In this document: positions 20,665 through 29,146 of the stretch, one piece after another
Numbering within the stretch: position 1 is the first letter of the stretch
Layout of the letters: every line of letters begins with the position of its first letter
Sequence record: SRR31156797_2522
Length of the DNA stretch: 43,448 bases
Reading direction: 5' to 3' (one strand)
Translations under genes and position numbers: made by a program
The notes under the pieces: generated by a model
Told to the model about the DNA's origin: nothing
The model's database searches: none
What the model saw: the letters and a program-made list of their open reading frames with translations, nothing else

Positions 20665-21276
20665 GTGATGAAAAAGACTCGAAGTGAATTAAAGCGTGAA
20701 GCAATAATGCTTGCAGCGAAAGAAGCCTTTAGTGAATTTGGTGCTCAGAACACCAGTATGGATAAGATCGCTGCGCTTGCTCAGGTTTCCAAACGGACTG
20801 TCTATAACCATTTTGCTTCCAAAGAAGTGTTGATTATGAGTTTGCTGGCTGACCTTTGGGGAGCAACCGCGAGTTTGATTGAACCAGAACACCTTGAATC
20901 TCTGTCTGTGGAAGAACAGCTTCAACAACTGCTTTACAGTGAGATAGAGATATTGTCATCTCAAGAGTATTTAGACCTTGCGAGAACCGTGTTTGGTTAC
21001 TATATGTACCGCCCGGAAGAGTTATTACAGCAGTCTGAACAGATGGCGCAAAAAGAGACCCAAATCTTGAGTTGGATTAAGCACAATGTTGAACAAAAAA
21101 ATCTTGATATTCAGGATGTTGAACTCGCTAATGGTCAGTTGCACAGTTTAGTGAAAGGCGCTTGTTTTTGGCCTCAGGTTATGGGGATTAAAACAGAGTT
21201 ATCAGACAAAGATAAGCAGTATTTGGCTAAGCAAAATACTGAATTCTTCCTATCTCACTACGGGTGTAAAAAATAA
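20665..21276 (+). CDS. TetR/AcrR family transcriptional regulator
   Basis: HTH TSMDKIAALAQVSKRTVYNHFASKE. Confidence 0.95.
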   Translation: MMKKTRSELKREAIMLAAKEAFSEFGAQNTSMDKIAALAQVSKRTVYNHFASKEVLIMSLLADLWGATASLIEPEHLESLSVEEQLQQLLYSEIEILSSQEYLDLARTVFGYYMYRPEELLQQSEQMAQKETQILSWIKHNVEQKNLDIQDVELANGQLHSLVKGACFWPQVMGIKTELSDKDKQYLAKQNTEFFLSHYGCKK

Positions 21277-21282
21277 TTTACT
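21265..21282. promoter_or_regulatory. Putative TyrR box upstream of aroG
   Basis: TGTAAA-AAATAA-TTTACT versus consensus TGTAAA-N6-TTTACA (one mismatch), upstream of a DAHP synthase gene. Confidence 0.6.
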
Positions 21283-21452
21283 ATCCATTTAAAGTGTAAA
21301 TTTTGCCCGTGTATTGCAATTTATTTTAAATAATGGTTGCGCATTTCGGTCGGTTTGATTTAAGTTACGGGGTGTGGAAACGAAGCTGTTCAGGGAATGG
21401 CTATGTACCGTTCGATAGCCAACAGCAAAGCAAGAATAGGAAGAAGTAAGTA

Positions 21453-22505
21453 ATGTATCAAACCGATGATGTAAATATTAAACGAATTAAAGAGTTATTA
21501 CCGCCAGTTGCAGTATTAGAAAAATTTCCCGCAACGGATGTTGCTTCTTCAACTACGTTTCAAGCGCGTCAGGCAATTCACAACATTTTAAATGATAAAG
21601 ACGATCGACTACTGGTGATCGTTGGCCCTTGTTCTATCCATGATCCAGAAGCGGCTCTTGAGTATGGTAAGCGTTTAAAAGCGCTGCGTGATGAACTCAA
21701 TGGACAGTTAGAAGTCGTTATGCGTGTCTATTTTGAAAAGCCACGTACTACAGTGGGTTGGAAAGGACTAATTAACGACCCATACCTTAACGACACCTAT
21801 AAAATTAACGATGGTGTGCGTATAGGGCGCAAGCTTCTGTTGGATTTAACCGATATGGGTATGCCAACAGCGAGTGAGTTCTTAGATATGATCACGCCAC
21901 AATATGTAGCCGATTTAATCAGCTGGGGCGCGATTGGTGCGCGTACGACTGAATCTCAGGTTCACCGTGAACTGGCTTCGGGTATTTCATGTCCGGTAGG
22001 CTTTAAAAACGGTACAGATGGCAACATTAAAATTGCGACCGATGCGATTCGATCTGCAGAATCGTCTCACCACTTTTTATCAGTGACTAAGTATGGTCAC
22101 TCTGCCATCGTTGAGACGGCTGGTAACCCAGATTGCCACATTATTTTGCGTGGTGGTAAAGAGCCAAACTACAGTGCTGACCATGTTGGCAGTATTAAGG
22201 CTGAACTTGAAGGTTCAGGCTTGCGTCAAAAAGTGATGGTCGATTTCAGTCATGCAAACAGCTCTAAACAGTACCAGCGTCAAATGAACGTGAGTGATGA
22301 TGTGAGCTCACAGATTGCTGGTGGCGAAAATGCGATTTTTGGCGTGATGATTGAGTCTCATCTTGTTGAAGGTCGACAAGATCTTGTCGATGGCATGGCT
22401 CCTGTATATGGTCAATCAATCACTGATGCCTGTATCGGTTGGGATGACACTGAGACAGTATTACGCCAGTTGGCTGAAGCTGTGGAAGCTCGCCGCAAAG
22501 GCTAA
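21453..22505 (+). CDS. aroG: Class I-alpha DAHP synthase
   Basis: GPCSIHD, RVYFEKPRTTVGWKG, IGARTTESQVHRE, DFSHANS, YGQSITDACI. Confidence 0.93.
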   Translation: MYQTDDVNIKRIKELLPPVAVLEKFPATDVASSTTFQARQAIHNILNDKDDRLLVIVGPCSIHDPEAALEYGKRLKALRDELNGQLEVVMRVYFEKPRTTVGWKGLINDPYLNDTYKINDGVRIGRKLLLDLTDMGMPTASEFLDMITPQYVADLISWGAIGARTTESQVHRELASGISCPVGFKNGTDGNIKIATDAIRSAESSHHFLSVTKYGHSAIVETAGNPDCHIILRGGKEPNYSADHVGSIKAELEGSGLRQKVMVDFSHANSSKQYQRQMNVSDDVSSQIAGGENAIFGVMIESHLVEGRQDLVDGMAPVYGQSITDACIGWDDTETVLRQLAEAVEARRKG

Positions 22506-22551
22506 GTTAAACGGTTTCCAACAGTGTTAGCCGGTTAAACTGGTAGAAAGT

Positions 22552-22582
22552 AAAACGACGAACATTTCTGTTCGTCGTTTTT
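22552..22582. terminator. Bidirectional intrinsic terminator
   Basis: AAAACGACGAACA-tttc-TGTTCGTCGTTTTT between convergent aroG and the vWA gene. Confidence 0.9.
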
Positions 22583-22590
22583 GTTTGTGA

Positions 22591-23373
22591 TTAGCTTACT
22601 GCTGTAGATTTTCTCGATCTGCGCAGTAGCCCACCAATAAACAACAGACCCATACTGAAAATACCGATGGTAGACGGCTCTGAAACGGGGGTTGGGTTTT
22701 CGCCGGTGACCTCGGCGATGATTTTCTTATTCAGAGCGCCGGAAAACTCATCAAAGGTATTGGCCGTTAAATAGAAGCCTTCATATGGATCGCCTGAACC
22801 ATCGGCGACAAGTGCTTCCAGGAAAGAGACTCCAATTCCACTGCCAACACCAATTGCATTAATGGTCACTCCTTCGCTGCGAGCGTTGTCGGCAGAGGCT
22901 AAAGCTGCGCTTTGGCTATTCGGTACACCATCAGTTGATATATCGATAATCATCGTATCATCAATACCATCGGCGCCAAACTCGGCTAATAGTGAAGCGG
23001 TTACAGTATCAATAGCATCGTCTGTGGCCGTTCCACCATAGAGTTGAGGCATTTCAAGAATGTTAAACAGACCGCCGAAGGCCGTGGCGGTGGCATCGGA
23101 ATCAATCAGAGTCCAATCTGCTTCTAAAGTGGTACCGTTTGAAAACTGCCAAGCAGAAAGATACACACCATCGTAAGTGCTGTTGAGTACATAATCGGTA
23201 TAAAAGCTACCAGTAGTTAAGGCACTTTTGTAACCATTGAGCTGTAATTGATATTCAGATGAACTTAGGCTTCCTGAACCGTCCAGCACTAAGGCAAGTT
23301 CTAGGTAACTTGCTTTAGATGGAATGCTTAAAGAAAGCAGTAACATCATTATTGCTAATTTGGCCTTGACCAT
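22591..23373 (-). CDS. Secreted vWA (DUF1194-like) protein with PEP-CTERM-like sorting tail
   Basis: Signal peptide (..IPSKA), MIDAS DGSGS...GGTAT...STDG, VTINAIG, C-terminus PVSEPST + hydrophobic helix + RRSRK. SD AAGGAG. Confidence 0.85.
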   Translation of the reverse strand: MVKAKLAIMMLLLSLSIPSKASYLELALVLDGSGSLSSSEYQLQLNGYKSALTTGSFYTDYVLNSTYDGVYLSAWQFSNGTTLEADWTLIDSDATATAFGGLFNILEMPQLYGGTATDDAIDTVTASLLAEFGADGIDDTMIIDISTDGVPNSQSAALASADNARSEGVTINAIGVGSGIGVSFLEALVADGSGDPYEGFYLTANTFDEFSGALNKKIIAEVTGENPTPVSEPSTIGIFSMGLLFIGGLLRRSRKSTAVS

Positions 23374-23413
23374 TATTTTCTCCTTTGCTTGTTATAAATC
23401 AAGTGCAACCGTA

Positions 23414-23429
23414 TGCACATAGCAAGCCA
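23414..23429 (-). promoter_or_regulatory. Putative sigma54 -24/-12 promoter
   Basis: Minus strand TGGCTTGCTATGTGCA = T-GG-N10-GC-A, ending 40 nt upstream of the ATG. Confidence 0.55.
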
Positions 23430-23662
23430 AGAGGATTATTCTTAATTATCAATAAGATATACTATCTCGTATTCAGTATGTTATCCCATGCGACACCTAA
23501 GCCTTGGATAGCCCCGACACTTTTCGCTTAGTTTATTGTTACTTTGTTAAATTACTTTTTTTTTTTGTTGTATTTTAGGGGGTTAGCCTAGCCAGCCGTT
23601 ATTAGCATAGATAATCTGCGTTGTTTCGAGCTGTTAAAAATTCTGACGCATTGCTTGGTTTG

Positions 23663-24979
23663 CTACGCATCAGAGGTTTGATTTAATTTTTGAAGTATAC
23701 GTTGGTACATTAACCAAGCCGCTATTCCGGCCAATAAGTTTCCAGCAAACGCACCAACAAACAAGCCTTGTAAACCACCAAGCTCAGAACCTAGCCAGAG
23801 GCAGGGCAGGAAGAAAACGAACAGTCTTAAGGCTGAAATAGTCAAAGCCGTGTAGGATTTTCCGAGTGCATTTGAAACGGAAACCATCAGGATACAAACC
23901 CCCAATGAACTGAGACTGAACGGCACGATCATCAAGTGCCAGTTTAGTATAGATTCCACGCTGGATTCACTTGTCATTAGTATCGCCAGTGGCGAAGACA
24001 AAGCGAACGTTATGATTGCAATCGTAATTTGCGAAAGGACGATGAAGCGAATCGCAATGTTAACCAGTTGACGAACATCTTTAAGATTACCCGCGCCAAG
24101 CATACGTCCAATCATGGGTGGCATAGACATGGTTAACGCGAGTACGGCAACAATAGCAAAAAATTCGAAGCGTGATCCAAGCGCCCAAGCAGCTACTGCT
24201 GTCGCGCCAAAACTTGCCAATAACTTTGTTGCCAACATTGAAGAAAGAGGGGGAAGTAGCTGGCTAAGCATCGCAGGCCCCATAATGTGACCAATGGAAC
24301 TGATGCTCTGTTTGATATCAAGATCATGCCAGTGGAAGTTGATCCAATGTTTACCATGTACGCGTGGGGCGACAACAATAATACCAATGCCAAACGCTAA
24401 AATCGTTGCGATGGCTGCACCGTTAATACCTAAATCTAATGTGAAAATGAACAGGGGATCTAATACTAGGTTTAAGCCACTGGTCACCATCATCATTGTG
24501 CCGGGCAACATGGTGTTACCATTCGCTCGGCAAACACTGTAGAGGAAATAGAGTACGGCGCCCGTCCAGGCACTTATCGCCCACCAAATCCAGTAAACAT
24601 CGATAATCGGGTAGACAGATTCGGGCGCGCCCAAAAGCCCCAGAATTGGGTAACGCAATGCATAGATGAGTATGCCAAAAAGGGCGACACTGGCACTTCC
24701 CATCAATAGCACCAAACCGCCTAATTGTTTTGCGTAATGATTTTTCGCTGCGCCTAACGCTTTTGAAATGACAGCGGTTGTTGCGATCCCAAGTCCTACC
24801 TGAACACCGATAATGACCATTTGCAGCGGCATGGTAAAACCTTGGGTGGCGAGTGGCAAAACGCCAAGCTGACCGATAAAGGCACTGTCTACAAGCTGGA
24901 AGCTCATCAGTGATAAAACACCAAACAGCATTGGCCAGGTCATTTGAAATAGCTGACGTGATAAAGATGGAGAATTCAT
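23663..24979 (-). CDS. MATE family efflux transporter
   Basis: About 12 TM helices with two-fold repeat; VDSAFIGQLG, LNLVLDPLFIF-LDLGINGAAIAT. Confidence 0.94.
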   Translation of the reverse strand: MNSPSLSRQLFQMTWPMLFGVLSLMSFQLVDSAFIGQLGVLPLATQGFTMPLQMVIIGVQVGLGIATTAVISKALGAAKNHYAKQLGGLVLLMGSASVALFGILIYALRYPILGLLGAPESVYPIIDVYWIWWAISAWTGAVLYFLYSVCRANGNTMLPGTMMMVTSGLNLVLDPLFIFTLDLGINGAAIATILAFGIGIIVVAPRVHGKHWINFHWHDLDIKQSISSIGHIMGPAMLSQLLPPLSSMLATKLLASFGATAVAAWALGSRFEFFAIVAVLALTMSMPPMIGRMLGAGNLKDVRQLVNIAIRFIVLSQITIAIITFALSSPLAILMTSESSVESILNWHLMIVPFSLSSLGVCILMVSVSNALGKSYTALTISALRLFVFFLPCLWLGSELGGLQGLFVGAFAGNLLAGIAAWLMYQRILQKLNQTSDA

Positions 24980-25098
24980 GGCAAAGTAATTGTCTTATAT
25001 TTGGTTTATTAGAATTAGGCCAGAAGGCCGTTGAGCCAGGATATTATGATTGATTTAGGCGTGTAATGATACCGAGGGGGAGATTATCCACAGATGAT

Positions 25099-25126
25099 AA
25101 ACAAAAAGCGCCAAACGTGGCGCTTT
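25099..25126 (-). terminator. Intrinsic terminator of the aer-like gene
   Basis: Stem AAAGCGCCA/TGGCGCTTT; on the minus strand the GC stem is followed by TTTTTGTTT. Confidence 0.82.
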
Positions 25127-25145
25127 ATGACAAAACAGAATTTGT

Positions 25146-26702
25146 TTAGAGGCGGCGGAACTGCTTAACTAAAGCACCTTGTGAGTTTAGGTTGGTCACC
25201 AGTGCTTTACATTGCGAGTAAGTATCGTTGGCAAGTACCAAGGTTGCCGCAGAACCATCGTTGATTGACTGTACACTTGAGTTCATACTTTCTGTCACTC
25301 GAGCCATTTCATCAACCGCATTGGCAATATGTTCATTTCGCTCAGCAATATCCGTCATTTGCGATAGCAATGCGTTTAACTGGTCTCCAGAGACATTAGC
25401 ACTATCGACACAGCTCTGTGATAGAACATTACCTTGATTGATGCTATCAACCGCTTCTTTAGTGCTGTTTTGAATCGACAATACAATGGACTGGATTTCT
25501 TCTGTCGATTCAGAACTGCGCTGAGCTAACTGACGAACTTCATCCGCAACCACCGCAAATCCTCGCCCTTGTTCACCCGCACGGGCCGCTTCAATAGCCG
25601 CATTGAGAGCAAGCAAGTTGGTTTGCTCTGCCACACCTTGAATAACTTCAATCACCTGACCGATAGTTGCACTTTGTGCAGACAGTTTTTCGATAACACT
25701 GGAAGCTGAGTTTAGCTGGGCAGCGAGGTGCTCGATGGCTTTTACGGTATCACCCACAGAACTCATCCCATCTTTGGCCGCATTCTGTGCTGTGTTGGCA
25801 ACCTGAGAAGCCGCTTGTGCATTACTCGCAATTTCATTAGCGGTTGAATTCATTTCAGTAATGGCTGTTGCCACTTGTTCAGTTTCACGAGTTTGTTCGT
25901 CGAGATTATCTGCCGTGTTGTTGCAGTTAACCGAAGAAGCCTGAGCCGACTCAACAAGCTGATGGTTTGAATCCTGGATTCGTCCTACTACAGCATTGAG
26001 TTCAGATTGGCGCTTTTTCAGTGCCAGCTCAATTTCAGAAATATCGTCAACATGTTTCGTGTAGACCAGCTCCATTAAAGGGTTGTCGTAAACTTTACGA
26101 GCGGTTGCTGATACTTTTTCTAGTCGACGAGTTGAGGCATATCCATTCGCGATGCTTAACAGCATCATTACAGGAACGCCTGCCCCAGCAAAGAAGTGAT
26201 CAACGACAGCGGCAATGGCGGCTGAACCGATAAATCCCACACTCATTCTCTGCCATAGACGTGTTCTTGGCATCTTGAGTCGCAAAGGTGTCTTGTTCGC
26301 TTTGATTTGAGCGTATACCTTTTCGGCGTTATCTACGTGCTCTCTATTTGGAGATAGACGAACAGATTGATACTCCACCACTTTGCCGTCATCGATAATC
26401 GGAGATGCAAATGCATCGACCCAATAGTGGTCGCCAGATTTGGTTCTGTTTTTGACTAACCCCATCCAAGAGCGGCCAGATTTTAGAGTGGTCCACATAT
26501 TTTCAAATGCGGCTTCTGGCATATCTGGGTGACGAACGAGATTGTGCGGTTGCCCTACCAATTCTTCTAGCGTATAGCCCGCAATTTCACAGAAGTTATC
26601 GCTAGCATAAGTGATATGGCTACCTGGTTGAGTAATTGACAGCAAATTGTAGTGAGGTGGGAAAAGTACCTCTTTGTGGGTAATAGGTTGGTTGTTACGC
26701 AT
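25146..26702 (-). CDS. aer: Aer-like aerotaxis receptor (PAS-TM-MA)
   Basis: [32 protein letters not shown]; hydrophobic hairpin; MA signalling motif. Start placed at MRNNQP. Confidence 0.88.
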   Translation of the reverse strand: MRNNQPITHKEVLFPPHYNLLSITQPGSHITYASDNFCEIAGYTLEELVGQPHNLVRHPDMPEAAFENMWTTLKSGRSWMGLVKNRTKSGDHYWVDAFASPIIDDGKVVEYQSVRLSPNREHVDNAEKVYAQIKANKTPLRLKMPRTRLWQRMSVGFIGSAAIAAVVDHFFAGAGVPVMMLLSIANGYASTRRLEKVSATARKVYDNPLMELVYTKHVDDISEIELALKKRQSELNAVVGRIQDSNHQLVESAQASSVNCNNTADNLDEQTRETEQVATAITEMNSTANEIASNAQAASQVANTAQNAAKDGMSSVGDTVKAIEHLAAQLNSASSVIEKLSAQSATIGQVIEVIQGVAEQTNLLALNAAIEAARAGEQGRGFAVVADEVRQLAQRSSESTEEIQSIVLSIQNSTKEAVDSINQGNVLSQSCVDSANVSGDQLNALLSQMTDIAERNEHIANAVDEMARVTESMNSSVQSINDGSAATLVLANDTYSQCKALVTNLNSQGALVKQFRRL

Positions 26703-26971
26703 AATGATTGTCACCCTAAAAACGGAAAATATTGGTTATCTTGCCAAGCCAAAATATTGTTAGCGCTGATGACGTAGATAGCCTGATTATTTATAGGGTT
26801 TATGATTATTGTTTGAACAATTTATACATTAAGCGTCCCTCCAAATGCAATCACGATATGGAACAGCATTCTAAAATGAGAGGTTTCTCACGTGTTTGGT
26901 CGTATCGGTCTGACAATGGGGGAATATGGACTACTTTGCTGCAATTTGATCACAAGGGAAGCTGTGGGTGC

Positions 26972-27349
26972 TCATTCTTTTTCAATGATGGTCCAACTAT
27001 CCGCGCCATCAAATAGCCTTATGTGGAGCGACTGGATGATGGAAGGATCGAACATGCGGTAGTTGACAGCGACTCGGTCGCTGTCCGGGGAATTAGACGA
27101 GTAATGGGTGATGCAACCGCAGTTATTGCAGTGATGGAATCGAATTTCTTTGTCTCCCCAGCAGTAATCAGTGATGCCGTGTGTACCCACTTCAACTTGA
27201 ACTTCTTTATCCGTAAAGTAGCCCCATACTGACGCGTACCTTGAACATATCGAACAGTTACATTCAGTGCCGGTTTTTGTAAGGTAGGGGATAGTCAAAG
27301 TGACATTACCACAGTGGCATTGGCCTTTATGTCGGGAGACACTCATCAC
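26972..27349 (-). CDS. GFA (CENP-V/Gfa) family Zn-binding protein
   Basis: GQCHCGNV, CNCSIC, HHCNNCG, VAVN. Confidence 0.92.
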   Translation of the reverse strand: MMSVSRHKGQCHCGNVTLTIPYLTKTGTECNCSICSRYASVWGYFTDKEVQVEVGTHGITDYCWGDKEIRFHHCNNCGCITHYSSNSPDSDRVAVNYRMFDPSIIQSLHIRLFDGADSWTIIEKE

Positions 27350-27949
27350 TTATAGCTCACGCATATCCAATTCGTTATGGATAAGCGTAATACATTGGGA
27401 GGCAAATAGCATTTTAGGCCCAAGGCTGAGCTTTTCGACCCCTAGGCGTTTCAGTGAGTTGCCTGTTTTCTTTGGCATCGGTATGTGGTCAGTCAACAGG
27501 AAGCAAGGGTTGGGACCAATCTCGATGGTACGAATCGACTCGCCTTTTTTGTCCATCATGTAGATAGAGTGATCTGCCGCTAGTTTGCTAACCAGCGCTT
27601 CAAAACTAATGGTTTGCACTGTCAGGCCTGGCTGAACTTCGCGAACTTGCTCTTTGGTCATACCTAGCGATTTATCAAGCGCCTTAACTAACAGGGCGAT
27701 TAAAGCTGCTTCATGAAAACCGCCGACATCGCTAATGGTATTGGCATCAATGCTGATGGTACGTGAGTAGTCTTGAGTACTTTCTAAAACTAGGTGGATA
27801 ACAGCATCTTCACGATGCGATTGAGCTGTGAAAATAGCGTTCATTATGCCGTGCGCTAAAATTTCAGCGTGGGCTTTACCACCGACTTCTGCTTGTAGTT
27901 TTTGACTGTCAGTTGGAGCAGAACGAGCTCTAAGAACGAAAGTACGCAT
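27350..27949 (-). CDS. trmY: SPOUT methyltransferase, tRNA (pseudouridine54-N1)-methyltransferase family
   Basis: MRTFVLRAR, SHRED, FLLTDH, SLGPKMLFASQCITLIHNELD; ATG 27949 after GAGGA. Confidence 0.88.
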   Translation of the reverse strand: MRTFVLRARSAPTDSQKLQAEVGGKAHAEILAHGIMNAIFTAQSHREDAVIHLVLESTQDYSRTISIDANTISDVGGFHEAALIALLVKALDKSLGMTKEQVREVQPGLTVQTISFEALVSKLAADHSIYMMDKKGESIRTIEIGPNPCFLLTDHIPMPKKTGNSLKRLGVEKLSLGPKMLFASQCITLIHNELDMREL

Positions 27950-27997
27950 TGGGTTCCTCAAATGTAACTAGCTTTAATTTTATTTATAAGACAACAG

Positions 27998-28028
27998 AAA
28001 CACAAAAGGCCGCATATAGCGACCTTTT
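27998..28028 (-). terminator. Intrinsic terminator of the cold-shock gene
   Basis: Minus strand AAAAGGTCGC-TATAT-GCGGCCTTTT followed by GTGTTT. Confidence 0.78.
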
Positions 28029-28058
28029 CACGTCAATCCGAAGATTGTAAGAACAAGC

Positions 28059-28268
28059 TTAGATAACTGTTACGTTAGCAGCTTGTGGGCCTTTTTGGCC
28101 GTTTTCAACAGTGAAAGAAACCTTTTGGCCTTCTTTCAGAGTTTTGAAACCTTCTGCAGTGATTGCACGGAAGTGTACGAATACGTCTGCGCCGCCGTTA
28201 TCTTGAGCGATGAAACCAAAACCTTTAGTTTCGTTAAACCATTTAACGGTACCAGTAGTGTTAGACAT
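28059..28268 (-). CDS. Cold-shock protein (CspA family)
   Basis: GTVKWFN, RNP1 KGFGFI, RNP2 VFVHF, KGPQA. Confidence 0.97.
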   Translation of the reverse strand: MSNTTGTVKWFNETKGFGFIAQDNGGADVFVHFRAITAEGFKTLKEGQKVSFTVENGQKGPQAANVTVI

Positions 28269-28639
28269 GATGTCTCCAAATCTTTAAAAATTAATCTATT
28301 TAGCCAAAAGAAGGCGCTTTTTACTTAGGTGACGTTTGAACAAAATGCTTCTACATATAACTGGCTAAACGCTAGTACCGGAAGGTTTCCTTCTCACAAC
28401 CTATCGAGCGAGTATCGATTGGACGGGCGAATAATAACGCATGTCCCACTAATACACTAGCGAATATTTCAATTTAAGTGAAAGCAAGCACACTCAAACG
28501 CAATCACGGATAAGTTTAGACCAAAAATATGTAATTTTTATGGATATGAAGCGTTATCCCCCACGTTTTTATCGAGCTTTGTCACATTTACGAATGTGAT
28601 CAAATAGAAAACATAGATTCCAAAGGTTTTTTAAGTAAG

Positions 28640-28659
28640 TAAATAGCATATGCTATTTA
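28640..28659. promoter_or_regulatory. Perfect 20-bp palindrome, putative operator
   Basis: TAAATAGCAT|ATGCTATTTA, 35 nt upstream of the thioesterase ATG. Confidence 0.65.
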
Positions 28660-28694
28660 TGTTTTACATTGTAAATATTTAGGAACTTGTTGTT

Positions 28695-29135
28695 ATGTCT
28701 CATTTTCATCCCTCCCATGTTATGTGCGCTGTCTGTGGAGCAGAAGAAAACAACGACTACTCATTGGGTGCAAAGTTTGTAGTTCAGGATGATCACTCCG
28801 TTTGTGGCGAGTTCGTGGTACTGCCGCGCCATCAAGGATACTTGGGATTGCTGCACGGCGGTATTGCCAGCTCTTTGTTGGATGCTGCGATGACCCATTG
28901 TTTGTTAAGTCAGCAAATAGCAGCACTTACGGCTCAATTAGACGTCCGTTATCATGCGCCGATTAAGGTTGGGGAACAGATAGAAGTCAAAGGTCAGCTT
29001 GTATCGGTCAAGCGGGGTGTCTACTTTCTTAAAGCGGTTTTAAGTGTTGATCATGAGATTAGAGTTTCCGCGAATGGGAAGTTTATAGCGTCTGCATTGG
29101 CAAAAAAGCTAACCAATAACCAAGTTATTGATTAG
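28695..29135 (+). CDS. PaaI family hotdog-fold thioesterase
   Basis: HQGYLGLLHGGIASSLLDAAM, TAQLDVRYHAP; N-terminal CAVCG. Confidence 0.92.
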   Translation: MSHFHPSHVMCAVCGAEENNDYSLGAKFVVQDDHSVCGEFVVLPRHQGYLGLLHGGIASSLLDAAMTHCLLSQQIAALTAQLDVRYHAPIKVGEQIEVKGQLVSVKRGVYFLKAVLSVDHEIRVSANGKFIASALAKKLTNNQVID

Positions 29136-29146
29136 CTTTGGTTTAG

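Noticed and set aside
25084-25092. Perfect DnaA box TTATCCACA upstream of the MATE gene
   Set aside because: A single 9-mer with no cluster or origin-like context; plausible by chance in 43 kb.
26735-26765. Sigma28 promoter for the aer-like gene
   Set aside because: Best match (TAAC-N15-CAAGATAA, minus) deviates in both elements.
26732-27016. 94-aa plus-strand ORF between aer and GFA
   Set aside because: TTG start without SD, lies across the aer promoter region, overlaps the GFA 3' end, no motif.
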